DNA of 57,242 nucleotides from a virus (lineage: Duplodnaviria; Caudoviricetes): the IMG/VR virus record IMGVR_UViG_3300008966_000004, positions 1 to 57,242 of that record. The stretch is one strand, 5' to 3'. Both the position numbers and the translations under genes were made by a program. Each line of letters opens with the position of its first letter. Position 1 is the stretch's first letter. Under the pieces are notes generated by a model that made no database searches, had not been told where the DNA came from, and was given only the letters and a program-made list of their open reading frames with translations. Positions 27,089 through 36,312 of this stretch are shown piece by piece.

Positions 27089-27427
27089 TTAATCGTCTCT
27101 ATCAGTATCAAAAACAATCTCATCCGTTTCAAGATTAACAACTATTATTCTATCGTCAGTACTGTTAACAATTTTGTCGTAATGATCCGATAACAAAAAG
27201 AAGTTGAAATCAGTTAGACTTGTAAATTGTAGCTCGCTATGGATTATATCATCACCAAAAGCATTTTTACCTTTATTAGGTATATGTATTACCCTCATTT
27301 CATAATTAGGTTTTTGATTACCATAAACTAGGTTTTCTTCTTTTAATAACTGTTCAAATCTGCTCATTGTTTTAACCTTTTTGTTATCTACTAATTGCTT
27401 TATTCTTATTTTATTCTCTTTACTCAA
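27089..27427 (-). CDS. hypothetical protein
   Basis: ORF track; may start at internal MSRFEQ; paralogue at 25820-26095. Confidence 0.55.
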   Translation of the reverse strand: MSKENKIRIKQLVDNKKVKTMSRFEQLLKEENLVYGNQKPNYEMRVIHIPNKGKNAFGDDIIHSELQFTSLTDFNFFLLSDHYDKIVNSTDDRIIVVNLETDEIVFDTDRDD

Positions 27428-27621
27428 AGTTTCCCTAAATAATAACTTTCTATTATATAAGTCATCTGCTCTTTTCCTGTTCTGTAGTTTTTCTTTGCAT
27501 CTTCATCTATTTTTGCACTTACCTCTTTTGAGGTTTCAATATGATTCACAGCTGATCCAACAAACATACCAAACAAAAAAACAAATCCTATAATAAGGGT
27601 TATTAACGAATCATTTTGCAT
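27424..27621 (-). CDS. small membrane-anchored protein
   Basis: N-terminal TM helix; GGGAG RBS. Confidence 0.55.
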   Translation of the reverse strand: MQNDSLITLIIGFVFLFGMFVGSAVNHIETSKEVSAKIDEDAKKNYRTGKEQMTYIIESYYLGKL

Positions 27622-27650
27622 CTATTGCACTCCCAACTATTTTTTGCCTT

Positions 27651-27890
27651 TTAATTTATTTCCCATTTTTTCTCATCCTCTTCTACTAAACGATACCAAT
27701 CTTCCCTTTTGATTCTTTTTCTTTTATGTTGATCGTTACATAGCAAAATACTTTTTCGAGTAAAATGGCCATAAAAACCACCTAAAGGATGCCCTACCGC
27801 AAATCTATCGCCACATATAGGACAAATATATTTATCATTATTTAAGCTAGAAGTTTGCATGCCACCTCTAGCTGTTCCGTACCTACTCAT
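27651..27890 (-). CDS. small Cys/His zinc-finger-like protein
   Basis: CPICGD...H...C..QH. Confidence 0.5.
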   Translation of the reverse strand: MSRYGTARGGMQTSSLNNDKYICPICGDRFAVGHPLGGFYGHFTRKSILLCNDQHKRKRIKREDWYRLVEEDEKKWEIN

Positions 27891-27892
27891 TG

Positions 27893-28222
27893 TTATCTAT
27901 TTTCTTTCATGAACCTAACATGATTAGTCCGTTGAGCAATCACTAAAGGCGGTTCATAATTATTTTTTTTAAAATATATAGCAGTAATTACTAAAGAACC
28001 TTGTTCTTTAAATATTAAAATTTCACTTATATATGGATAACAACTAGGTATATTGTTTTCACATAATTCTTTTAAGTTTTTAATTTCATAAAAATTGTTA
28101 TTTTTTATTTCAAAAATAATTCTAAAACCATCTTTATATTCTTCTTTATCCTTAAGATCATATATTCCACGTCTTAAGGCAAGCACCCAAATTTCTATAA
28201 ATTTTTTTTCGTATTCGTTCAT
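27893..28222 (-). CDS. hypothetical protein, first gene of the small-gene island
   Basis: AAGGAG RBS directly after the promoter at 28282-28254. Confidence 0.6.
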   Translation of the reverse strand: MNEYEKKFIEIWVLALRRGIYDLKDKEEYKDGFRIIFEIKNNNFYEIKNLKELCENNIPSCYPYISEILIFKEQGSLVITAIYFKKNNYEPPLVIAQRTNHVRFMKENR

Positions 28223-28253
28223 ATTCTACTCCTTTGTTCATTAACTTACTTTT

Positions 28254-28282
28254 ACAATACCAGATTAGTATAGTAGAGTCAA
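28254..28282 (-). promoter_or_regulatory. sigma70-type promoter, shared TA(A/G)TCTGG family
   Basis: TTGACT-17 bp (ending TAATCTGG)-TATTGT, then AAAAGT as at 9566. Confidence 0.6.
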
Positions 28283-28606
28283 GCTTAAAATTTCCTATCT
28301 AATAAAAGGACTATTTGCTCAAAATGTTCACGGGGATTCAAGAGATAAAAAAAGGGTTAGTTTTTAAAAAGGATATAATTAATATTCTCTATGTCCTTTT
28401 TAACATCTGTTATCTCTTTTAAAGTTGGGATTAATTCTGTCTTATAGAGAATAAGAGGGACAATTAAAAGTATTAGTTTTACAAAAAATCATAATTACTA
28501 GCTTTTTCCATTGTAAAATCAATTTTTGATTAATTAGTAATGAATATAACTGAATGATAATAAGAAGTTTAATAATGATTGATATTATAAGAGATAACAA
28601 CATAAT

Positions 28607-29533
28607 TTACCAATCAATTATAGCAGAGTTTATGTCAGTAGCTCTTTGACTATTAATTGGCGTCAAGTCCCCTTCGCCCTCGCCAAGCGGATTAATCTCA
28701 AGGTTGGAGTACCAATCATTTCCCCTTGTATCGCCTACATGGGTTATTTTTTGCACTGCAAACAATCCATTTATATCCTGACTCTCAACCTTTACAACGT
28801 CATGTATTTGCAGTTTAGGTTGTAACAAACACTGAACCATCCTTGCTTTTTTACCCAGCTTCGTAATCTCTGATTTTATCAATTTCTTAGAGACTTTTTT
28901 TACTGATTCTGGATGCAAGATAAGTCCAGTCTGTGGGTTCAATACTAATACCTCTCTACGTGCGACTGTATTAGTTCCCTTTATTATGCACAGTCCGTTT
29001 TGAATAGACCAGCTAAAATTGAAATTCAATGCTAAATTATCCATCACATGATCAAAAGAACCAGCATCACTATAACCCATACTAATCGTCTTTGACTCTT
29101 CAACCTCAAGAGTCTTGAAAGCAATGCCTGTTTGTTTGGTGATTTCTTTTAAAATCATCGGCAAAGACGGATTAGCACTAAAAGAAAACCCAAAACTTAT
29201 AGGCTTCGTTCTCATTCTTTTTATTCCTTCTGCTAAATATAATTCTGTTACCACTTCTGTTTTATCCCTATTGTGTTGTATCTTGGAAACGTCCCCTGAG
29301 CCTATAGCAACAAGCCCTGTGTTTAGTCTATGCCCTGCATATAAAGTAACAAGTGAATCATGATCGCCTATTAAATTACGAGTATCAGGTGCTAGATTAA
29401 ATATTTCTATTTTGGCTACGTTATCCTTTGCCATATATGATTTTACAATCTCAAATTTTATCTTGCAGTTTTCTATTTCAGTTCTGATACGATTATCAAT
29501 AACAACTTTACATACACGATCAAAGTACAGCAT
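28607..29533 (-). CDS. baseplate hub / tail protein
   Basis: KIKFEI.K...N.AKIEIFNL, L.AG, WSIQNG, TGLI..P, CLLQP.L, ITH.GDTRGNDWY. Confidence 0.85.
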   Translation of the reverse strand: MLYFDRVCKVVIDNRIRTEIENCKIKFEIVKSYMAKDNVAKIEIFNLAPDTRNLIGDHDSLVTLYAGHRLNTGLVAIGSGDVSKIQHNRDKTEVVTELYLAEGIKRMRTKPISFGFSFSANPSLPMILKEITKQTGIAFKTLEVEESKTISMGYSDAGSFDHVMDNLALNFNFSWSIQNGLCIIKGTNTVARREVLVLNPQTGLILHPESVKKVSKKLIKSEITKLGKKARMVQCLLQPKLQIHDVVKVESQDINGLFAVQKITHVGDTRGNDWYSNLEINPLGEGEGDLTPINSQRATDINSAIIDW

Positions 29534-29635
29534 TTGATTTTATTCTTTATTGTGTGTATAATAACAAGCACTAATTTAACTCGCCGTGGTTTAAAAAGGT
29601 CTTCATATACCTGCTCCTCTACGGCGGGATCAATT
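29534..29635 (+). promoter_or_regulatory. antisense-oriented promoter followed by a structured ~65-nt segment
   Basis: TTGATT(29534-39)-17-TATAAT(29557-62); CGCCGTGG..CTACGGCG stem with inner AGGT/ACCT stem. Confidence 0.45.
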
Positions 29636-29829
29636 TAACTATAAGGGTCTTTCATCTCTTTTAATATTCTTCTTTCTCTATCTTTTAAAAAGGAATTTCT
29701 AAAATTATCTAAAGCTTCCTGTTCAAAAACAGCTTTCATTGGCTCTATTGACTCAGTAGTACCGCTCATTTTCCGAGGCTTACTCGGAACTTGCCTTTTC
29801 TTAGAGGCTTGATTTCTAAAATTAGACAT
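29635..29829 (-). CDS. hypothetical protein
   Basis: ATG 29829 directly after the ssb stop; ORF track 29635..29883. Confidence 0.5.
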   Translation of the reverse strand: MSNFRNQASKKRQVPSKPRKMSGTTESIEPMKAVFEQEALDNFRNSFLKDRERRILKEMKDPYS

Positions 29830-29830
29830 A

Positions 29831-30205
29831 TTAAAACGGCAAGTCTTTCTCTTTATTGGAAGAAAGAAGCAATATAGAACCATTAAATCCTTGCAACACT
29901 ACTTCTGTTTGTTGCTTCTCAAGTCCTGAACTATCTGTAAATTTCTTTGTATGCAATGCTCCCTCTATATAAAGCTTACTACCTTTTTTAACATAGTTCT
30001 GCACAAGCTTTACTAGATTATCATTATATACTACTACTTTATGCCATTCGGTTTTATCCTTGTCATGCCCAGTTTGCTTATCTTTCCACTTTTCATTCGT
30101 AGCAACATTTAATACCGCAAAAGTCTTGTACCCTTCGGATTGTTTTATGATAGGGTCTTGCCCAACATTACATATTAAAATTACTTTGTTCAAACTATTG
30201 GTCAT
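29831..30205 (-). CDS. ssb: single-stranded DNA-binding protein
   Basis: SLNKVILI.N.GQDP, VATNE.WKDK.TG, KTEWHKVVV, YVKKGSKLYIEG.L.T, C-terminal DLPF. Confidence 0.95.
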   Translation of the reverse strand: MTNSLNKVILICNVGQDPIIKQSEGYKTFAVLNVATNEKWKDKQTGHDKDKTEWHKVVVYNDNLVKLVQNYVKKGSKLYIEGALHTKKFTDSSGLEKQQTEVVLQGFNGSILLLSSNKEKDLPF

Positions 30206-30207
30206 AA

Positions 30208-30582
30208 TTAGGAATTTTTAAATAAATTAGTTAAATCGTTATCGGTTAAATGGTATAATTTTATTGAACCATCAACCATATTAGTATAATCGACTCTATT
30301 GAGATTGTCTTCATAAGTCATCGGAACAAGCATACAATCAGGCTTTTTTTCGTGATAACATAATGTAAGTAAATTATAACCAAGCACCAATTTTTGCCGC
30401 AGAATAACTGGCTCGTCTACCTCTGTATACAAAGACACATACCAGCTATTATCTCTTACATGATAATCGGCTTCAAGTAAATAATAATCGCTCTTAGTGC
30501 CTAAAATTACATCAGCTTTGAAACGATACTGTGGAAACCAATCAATAAAGGTTAATGCTGGAACATTATTTGTTATCGTCAT
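30208..30582 (-). CDS. baseplate plug-like phage protein
   Basis: Y.L...Y..RD.SWY.SL....KLVLG.NLL pattern; position between Dit-like and hub genes. Confidence 0.65.
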   Translation of the reverse strand: MTITNNVPALTFIDWFPQYRFKADVILGTKSDYYLLEADYHVRDNSWYVSLYTEVDEPVILRQKLVLGYNLLTLCYHEKKPDCMLVPMTYEDNLNRVDYTNMVDGSIKLYHLTDNDLTNLFKNS

Positions 30583-30812
30583 GTATGTGTTTTATTTTGT
30601 AAATAACATTTTTTAAATAATCAGTAGAATATAATTTTCTTACAAAGTTAACGTTTAATAACATAATAGATATTACACCTAAACTAATTTTTAAAAAACA
30701 TTAGTTTAAATATTTTTTTCAAATCCCAGATTAATTTATTATTAATCAAAAAAGAGTTAAATTGTAAATACAAAAAAGTAAGTACTAATAAATATATTAT
30801 ATCTTGTAACAT

Positions 30813-31568
30813 TTAAAAATCAAATAATCCAAAGCCGCCTTGAGGCGTTGTTAATACCTCATCGCTGGGAGTAATAAAGTTAGTAAATTTATTCCATCCT
30901 TCTTTCGCTTTGTCCCACCCTTGAGTAGCCCAGCTTTTAGAAGGTTCAACAGATTTCGGGGCTATCCCGTTTTCCGACTTCGGTGCAGCTATCTCAGCTA
31001 CTCCTTGCTTATAACCAGAATAATAACTTTTTCTTACAGAAGCAAACCTTATTTGTATTAATTCCGCAGAAAATTCCAAACGCTCGCCAGTGTTTTTATC
31101 GCTATGAAAAGTTATATTCTCAATAGCCATATTTTGAAAAACGTTAAGCTTTGTTACTACATTGATTAACTCCCTTTTTTCATAAAGCGAAGTAAGCAAC
31201 TGATAAGCCTGTATACTTGGCTTGGTAGATTCATTAAAAGGCAATAAAGCTTTGATGTTATTTAAAACACTGTTAACGCTATTCTTCAAAAGCGGAGTAT
31301 CCAATACACCAAAAATCTTACTCGGTGCATCTGTAATATACCCCTCCAACTTCACACGTAAAGGGTTTTTAAATATATGATCGCTTATTGCTTCCTTAGT
31401 CTCAACGGGATGTTCAGTAATTGTTGAACTAAGAGTTATAACTTCGGTTAAGCATACATCAAGAACTAAATCGCCAATCTTTGCATGCTTACCTACACCA
31501 AAAAATAATTTATTTAAACCGCTTATAGCACTGGTAAGTCCAATAAGCGGAGCTATGATAGATGCCAT
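30813..31568 (-). CDS. Dit-like tail/baseplate protein
   Basis: ITEHPVE...ISDH...P....LEG.ITD, YQLL..L, VVT...F.NM.I, F..EL.QIR. Confidence 0.85.
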   Translation of the reverse strand: MASIIAPLIGLTSAISGLNKLFFGVGKHAKIGDLVLDVCLTEVITLSSTITEHPVETKEAISDHIFKNPLRVKLEGYITDAPSKIFGVLDTPLLKNSVNSVLNNIKALLPFNESTKPSIQAYQLLTSLYEKRELINVVTKLNVFQNMAIENITFHSDKNTGERLEFSAELIQIRFASVRKSYYSGYKQGVAEIAAPKSENGIAPKSVEPSKSWATQGWDKAKEGWNKFTNFITPSDEVLTTPQGGFGLFDF

Positions 31569-31572
31569 TTAT

Positions 31573-33267
31573 TTAAGTTACTCCTACTGCTATTAATGCT
31601 TTCTCATTTTCATAATCAAAAGTTTTTTGTAGTTCCTTTTGAACTAAATCAACTATTATTCTTGATTGCTCCTGTGAAGTGCCGACTGGAGTAGTCACGT
31701 TAATATTAAACGAATTTCTCTGATTAAGCACTTTATTATTGCGATTGGTAGTATTCATTACGCTATTGGAATTGCCAAAAGCTTCCTGTGGATTATACTT
31801 TGGCAATCTATCTTTCATATTTATCAGCTTGCCACCTACAGGAACGTTAATCTCTCTATTGCCAACCATCTCAGTGATGCCGCTAAAATCAGGTAAAATG
31901 TTTTTAAAACTAATCTTATTAAATTGTTCGGATATCAAATTACTCATAGCGTCAGTAGTTTTTATTATCCAAGACCACATGTTTTTAAAACTATCTATAA
32001 TACTATCAAGAGTTCCTTTAAATGTATTCCAAGACTCTGAATCAAGAAAACGATTAATTAAAGTATCGCCTCCTTGCCAAGTCATGTATATTTCATCGGC
32101 AAGTAATACCAGTGCAGCTGTAATCGCTGTAATGGTAAGCACTACTGGACTTGCAATTAACGCTGTAAATGCAGTAACCAAAGCCCATACTTTTGTTATT
32201 ACACCTGCAATCCATGCTACTAATCCAATACCTACTAAAGCAGTAATTAAATTCTTCCAACCAATCGTAGGCTCTATAATAGCGTTTAATATATCAAATA
32301 ATCTTTTTAGAACTGGTAAAAGAAAACTAAAGGCTTGTGATACTCCACTTATTACGTCTTTTAGTTTTGTTCTGATAAGCTCTTTGTTGCTTTCTATCCA
32401 ACCTCTAAATTCCACTATCACCTCATTCAAAGGAGGCAATAAGTCTATAACAAAGGAATTTCTTATTTCTTTACTAGTGTAGTTTAGACTTCTTAAAGAC
32501 CTATTAAAATTATCTACAGTCTTGACCTGATCTTTTGAGAAAGTATTGCCGCTGTCTGTAGTACCTGTCTTTTTAAATTGTTCCACGTCTTTTAAAGTAG
32601 AACGGGTATTAAGGGCAAATATTCCAGTAGCTGCGGCAGATATAATAGCAACCTGATTGGCAAGAGCCCCAACCTGAGCAAGACTTGCCTTTCTTCTTTC
32701 TTTCTGCCTTGTCTTTACTTCTCTTAAACGTTCTTTTATCTCATCGGATTCAAGCTTGTTTAAAAGCTTGATTTCTGACCTTTCTGCTGGAGTAAGAGAT
32801 TTTAATTCATCGGCGTATGCCTTAGCTTGTGCAAATTTCTTGGCGAATGAATTATTTATTGCTGGTTGTTTTTCTTGAGAACCTAAAGAAGCAAATTTAT
32901 AAGATGAAGATTTTACTTGCTTAGGTTGTATTGCTTCAATCTGTTTAACTTGCTTACTTTCTTTTAGCTTAGGTTGTATTGCTTCAATCTGTTTAACTTG
33001 CTTACTTTCTTTTAGCTTAGGTTGTATTGCTTCAATCTGTTTAACTTGCTTACTTTCTTTTAGCCTAGGTTGTATTGCTTCAATCTGTTTAACTTGCTTA
33101 CTTTCTTTTAGCCTAGGTTGTATTGCTTCTGCATTAAGTCTTGTAGCTACAGAATTTTTTAAACCAGTCATTCTACTTTTAAGGTCATCTGACATCTTTA
33201 TAAAACGAGAGAATTTTGCCTCGTCAATATCAAATCCCAATTTTACTAAAAGCTCTCTTGCAATCAT
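31573..33267 (-). CDS. tape measure protein
   Basis: MIARELLVKLGFDID start, helical Ala-rich core, hydrophobic TM-like region; follows the tail chaperones. Confidence 0.85.
   Translation of the reverse strand: MIARELLVKLGFDIDEAKFSRFIKMSDDLKSRMTGLKNSVATRLNAEAIQPRLKESKQVKQIEAIQPRLKESKQVKQIEAIQPKLKESKQVKQIEAIQPKLKESKQVKQIEAIQPKQVKSSSYKFASLGSQEKQPAINNSFAKKFAQAKAYADELKSLTPAERSEIKLLNKLESDEIKERLREVKTRQKERRKASLAQVGALANQVAIISAAATGIFALNTRSTLKDVEQFKKTGTTDSGNTFSKDQVKTVDNFNRSLRSLNYTSKEIRNSFVIDLLPPLNEVIVEFRGWIESNKELIRTKLKDVISGVSQAFSFLLPVLKRLFDILNAIIEPTIGWKNLITALVGIGLVAWIAGVITKVWALVTAFTALIASPVVLTITAITAALVLLADEIYMTWQGGDTLINRFLDSESWNTFKGTLDSIIDSFKNMWSWIIKTTDAMSNLISEQFNKISFKNILPDFSGITEMVGNREINVPVGGKLINMKDRLPKYNPQEAFGNSNSVMNTTNRNNKVLNQRNSFNINVTTPVGTSQEQSRIIVDLVQKELQKTFDYENEKALIAVGVT
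32915..33129. repeat. 48-bp tandem repeat, ~4.4 copies (EAIQP(R/K)LKESKQVKQI)
   Basis: Units start at 32921, 32969, 33017, 33065, 33113. Confidence 0.95.
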
Positions 33268-33515
33268 TTTATTTTTTTGTATTCCATTTCAGCAATATAG
33301 TCCTGCATATCTAAAAGGGCATTTAACTTTATTAAATCCATCAGGGGCATTATAGTCGTTACTTCCGTATAAGTAGCCATGCCCCTAAGAATTGGTCTCC
33401 AGATTATTAACTCTTCGACAAGTTCTGGATCAAGCCGCTCTGCTATACTGTTGTTTCCGTTAGTACTTCTTCTTTCTTCACAGCGGAAAAGAGGTTTTTG
33501 TTTTCCAAAAAAAAA
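33264..33515 (-). CDS. -1 frameshift extension of tail assembly chaperone (gpGT-like)
   Basis: U9 slippery run (33515-33507); -1 frame open to TGA at 33266-33264, overlapping the TMP ATG; IWRPI..G.ATY.EV...DL.KLNALLD. Confidence 0.75.
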   Translation of the reverse strand, partial: FFFGKQKPLFRCEERRSTNGNNSIAERLDPELVEELIIWRPILRGMATYTEVTTIMPLMDLIKLNALLDMQDYIAEMEYKKIK

Positions 33516-33850
33516 TTAAAGAAGTCGCTAAAATTAGACTCAATAATGAATTTTAAAGCCTCTACCATTTCAGTATAGTTTCCGCTGTAGACCTCATTAA
33601 ATAAGGTTTCATTTATAACAGAACCATCACGCAAGGTGTTAGAGAATAAATCCATTAAGAACTTCCCCTCTTCGCCCTCTTTATCCAATTTGATTAATCC
33701 GTCAACTATTGCAGAAATAGGGTCATCTGATTCTATCACGCCCGCAACAATCTTGCCAAGTTTAACCCCCTTTGCGTATCCAGCTTGGGCGGGAAATAAA
33801 GTGCATTGATAACTATGCCCTTTTATAATTCCTGTTTTGACTGAAAGCAT
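33443..33850 (-). CDS. tail assembly chaperone (gpG-like)
   Basis: Between tube and TMP; FN..YSGNY..NF.DFF. Confidence 0.8.
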   Translation of the reverse strand: MLSVKTGIIKGHSYQCTLFPAQAGYAKGVKLGKIVAGVIESDDPISAIVDGLIKLDKEGEEGKFLMDLFSNTLRDGSVINETLFNEVYSGNYTEMVEALKFIIESNFSDFFNFFLENKNLFSAVKKEEVLTETTV

Positions 33851-34278
33851 TATTGAATACCCCCAATAATAATAGTAGGATTAGGGCAGATTATCACCCA
33901 TTCACGATTCTTATTCTCGTTGCCGTATTCAACAGTCGCTACTTTATCAATATAAGCATCAGGGCAAGTAAATATTGATTCTCTACCTGAGTTGTCTTTT
34001 ATAATGATAGGAAATTGACCAGCGTTCCTTTCTCTATCTAAAGTAGCATAGCTATTTAAGATAGTATTTGAAGATGATGCTTGAGTTAAGATCAAAGTAA
34101 CCTGAGCCTTAAAGCCATATTTCCTAAATCTTGCATATTCACCGCCTCTGCCAAAATCCTCATTGAACTGGGCATCATCTATCTCAATGGAAATAGAATT
34201 GTCTGCTGCAAATCCTGTGATTGGACTGACTCCTAAAACTACTGTTACTTCTTTAGGGTCGAAAGTTTTTGTTGCCAT
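33850..34278 (-). CDS. tail tube protein (DUF3277-like)
   Basis: TFDPK.V..V...I.GFA, LTQ.S.SN..L, FP..IKD.SG, REW motifs. Confidence 0.85.
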   Translation of the reverse strand: MATKTFDPKEVTVVLGVSPITGFAADNSISIEIDDAQFNEDFGRGGEYARFRKYGFKAQVTLILTQASSSNTILNSYATLDRERNAGQFPIIIKDNSGRESIFTCPDAYIDKVATVEYGNENKNREWVIICPNPTIIIGGIQ

Positions 34279-34296
34279 AGTATAATCTCTCTCTAA

Positions 34297-35379
34297 TTAA
34301 ATTTCTAAAACACCTTCAATAACTACTTTATGGACTGCTCCAGCTAACCTAGCTACGAATTTAACATCAGGTAATAATCTTTGTGCTCTAGTTTCCACTG
34401 GTATATCAAGAGCATTCGGTACACTGATCTCAATACTATCAGCATCAAGAATACCCATGTTAGCCGCTTCTGTTAGAACTGAACGTAGTAAATTCTCAAA
34501 AATACCAATACCATCATTAGTATAAGGAATTTTCGCATTGCTTACTAAAGCAGCAGCAACCCTTTTTCTAAGCTCTGTTCTAATCCAATCAGTTCCAATA
34601 ATTACGTCAACGAATTCTCCATTTGTACTTTGCCCTGTTAAGAAAACAGACTCGCCGCTTAAAGTATGATAGAAGTTTGATTTTAGGTCGTTCTCTAGTC
34701 TGCCCCTTTGGGTAGTAGTAAGAGAATCAGCAAGTGCTCCGCTAATATTCTTATATGCCCATGTTGCACTGCCTGGAGCTTGAGTTAGCATTCTGCCTAA
34801 TATGCCAGCACTGATGTAGTCAGTAGATGAATTGTAAACTGTAACAATTCTCTCGGATGCCTTAGCAAAAAGCTTCTTAATAATGCTATTCTCATTGGCA
34901 TCAAGAGTGTTAGGGTCTTTAGAAGAATGAACAAAAATCTTTTCTTCTGCTGTTACTGTTTCTGCAAAAGTAACGATTTTTTCTTCAGTGTAAGTTTCAT
35001 CTACCGCAATTGCTGCAACTACTGCATAAAATTTATTACCGCTAGTTAGAAGAATGCCGTTATAAGCAGTGTCTATTTCTTCTTCATCAAATACTTGTCC
35101 AACAAGCAATGTTTTAGGCTTAGGATTCTGACCAAAATACATTTTAGCTGCTTTGTATTCTTCTGAATTAACCCCATAGCTAAAATCAACATCATTGGCT
35201 TTCTCAGCTGCCAATTCTGCAAGACTACCATATGATTTTACTCTATAAGCTGCTTGCTTTTCTTCATCTAGAGCTTTTAAAGAGTTACCCATGATGAGTA
35301 AAGTATCCAATCCGATAACATCTAGATTGATTCGTTCTCTAGTGATTTTTACTTCTACTATTTCGTTTAATAATGACAT
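34297..35379 (-). CDS. contractile tail sheath protein (DUF3383-like)
   Basis: EEYKAA..YF.QNPKP, PGS.TWAYK, GEF.DV..G.DW, KIPYT.DG, LAGAVH.V.I.G. Confidence 0.9.
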   Translation of the reverse strand: MSLLNEIVEVKITRERINLDVIGLDTLLIMGNSLKALDEEKQAAYRVKSYGSLAELAAEKANDVDFSYGVNSEEYKAAKMYFGQNPKPKTLLVGQVFDEEEIDTAYNGILLTSGNKFYAVVAAIAVDETYTEEKIVTFAETVTAEEKIFVHSSKDPNTLDANENSIIKKLFAKASERIVTVYNSSTDYISAGILGRMLTQAPGSATWAYKNISGALADSLTTTQRGRLENDLKSNFYHTLSGESVFLTGQSTNGEFVDVIIGTDWIRTELRKRVAAALVSNAKIPYTNDGIGIFENLLRSVLTEAANMGILDADSIEISVPNALDIPVETRAQRLLPDVKFVARLAGAVHKVVIEGVLEI

Positions 35380-35397
35380 ATTTAAAACCTAAATTAA

Positions 35398-35913
35398 TTA
35401 TTCACTTACCAAGAAAACCTTGTTTCTTATTTCGTCTGTAATTTCAACACTTGCTATTCTACTAATATTTTGCTCATGTGTAATTACAAAAGATAGTTCT
35501 ACATCCAAAACTGCCTGACTTTCTATTTGTTCGTTTAAAGCCTTTGGCACTGCCGATACTGCTTTTAATGTCCTATGAATCGCCACCTCACCTTTGAATA
35601 TATTATTTCTCAACTGCGTATCAAAACTATGATGTAAAACATGCAGTATAATTTCTGCCGAGTGCAAATCATCGCCGAACGAACTAAAGCTTGCTACGCA
35701 AGTCATGCTTGATGCCAATTCCTCAATCCCGTCATTATCAGTCAGTCTTTTTACTGGCGTACCTATTTGTTTAAAGTTAGTTAAGCTAATTGATATAAAA
35801 GGCTTTTCAGGCCTAGCCGATGACTGAGCAGAAAATATAACCTTATTATTATCAAGACCAGTCGCTACACTAACGTATTCTTGAACTTTCGTATAAAGAG
35901 CTGTTATGTTCAT
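35398..35913 (-). CDS. tail terminator / neck protein
   Basis: Position before sheath; Q...RP.KPFI.I pattern. Confidence 0.75.
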   Translation of the reverse strand: MNITALYTKVQEYVSVATGLDNNKVIFSAQSSARPEKPFISISLTNFKQIGTPVKRLTDNDGIEELASSMTCVASFSSFGDDLHSAEIILHVLHHSFDTQLRNNIFKGEVAIHRTLKAVSAVPKALNEQIESQAVLDVELSFVITHEQNISRIASVEITDEIRNKVFLVSE

Positions 35914-36298
35914 TCTTATCCGTGTTTATTTTAACAACGATTACTTCATAATGCCTTATGGCGTAATTTGGAAAATTCTTTCTCTCGGTAACTTTTACCA
36001 CTTGATATTTATCCCCGTCAATAATAACAACATCTGGGTTTCTTATACCAACTATTACAGTTTGCATTTTTGAGTCGGTATAAAGTACGTATACTTCCTT
36101 GTCTCTGTAACCCTCTGGGACTGTCTGTATTGACTCGTTATCTACTCCTTGTACGCTTGCCTCAATAGTAAAATCCCTGCTATCTGGAGTATCCCAGACG
36201 CCGTTTACGTGAGTTCCGTTGCCATAACGAATACAATCTAGTTTTCTTCTAAAAACATTAAAAACAGAACGCTTTGTAACAGGAACATCTATTGGCAT
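35870..36298 (-). CDS. head closure / head-tail joining protein
   Basis: G..VNG.W...I.ASVQ....PEG.R....YTD....D...IDG..Y.V. Confidence 0.75.
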   Translation of the reverse strand: MPIDVPVTKRSVFNVFRRKLDCIRYGNGTHVNGVWDTPDSRDFTIEASVQGVDNESIQTVPEGYRDKEVYVLYTDSKMQTVIVGIRNPDVVIIDGDKYQVVKVTERKNFPNYAIRHYEVIVVKINTDKNEHNSSLYESSRIR

Positions 36299-36312
36299 TA
36301 TATTCTCAAATT

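Noticed and set aside
31739-32482. Long opposite-strand ORFs (also 23316-23792, 36338-36631, 39580-39948, 50227-50553, 52341-52697, 55540-56001 and other short ones)
   Set aside because: Antisense shadows of well-supported genes, with no motifs or RBS
32915-33129. CRISPR array
   Set aside because: Head-to-tail coding tandem repeat without unique spacers
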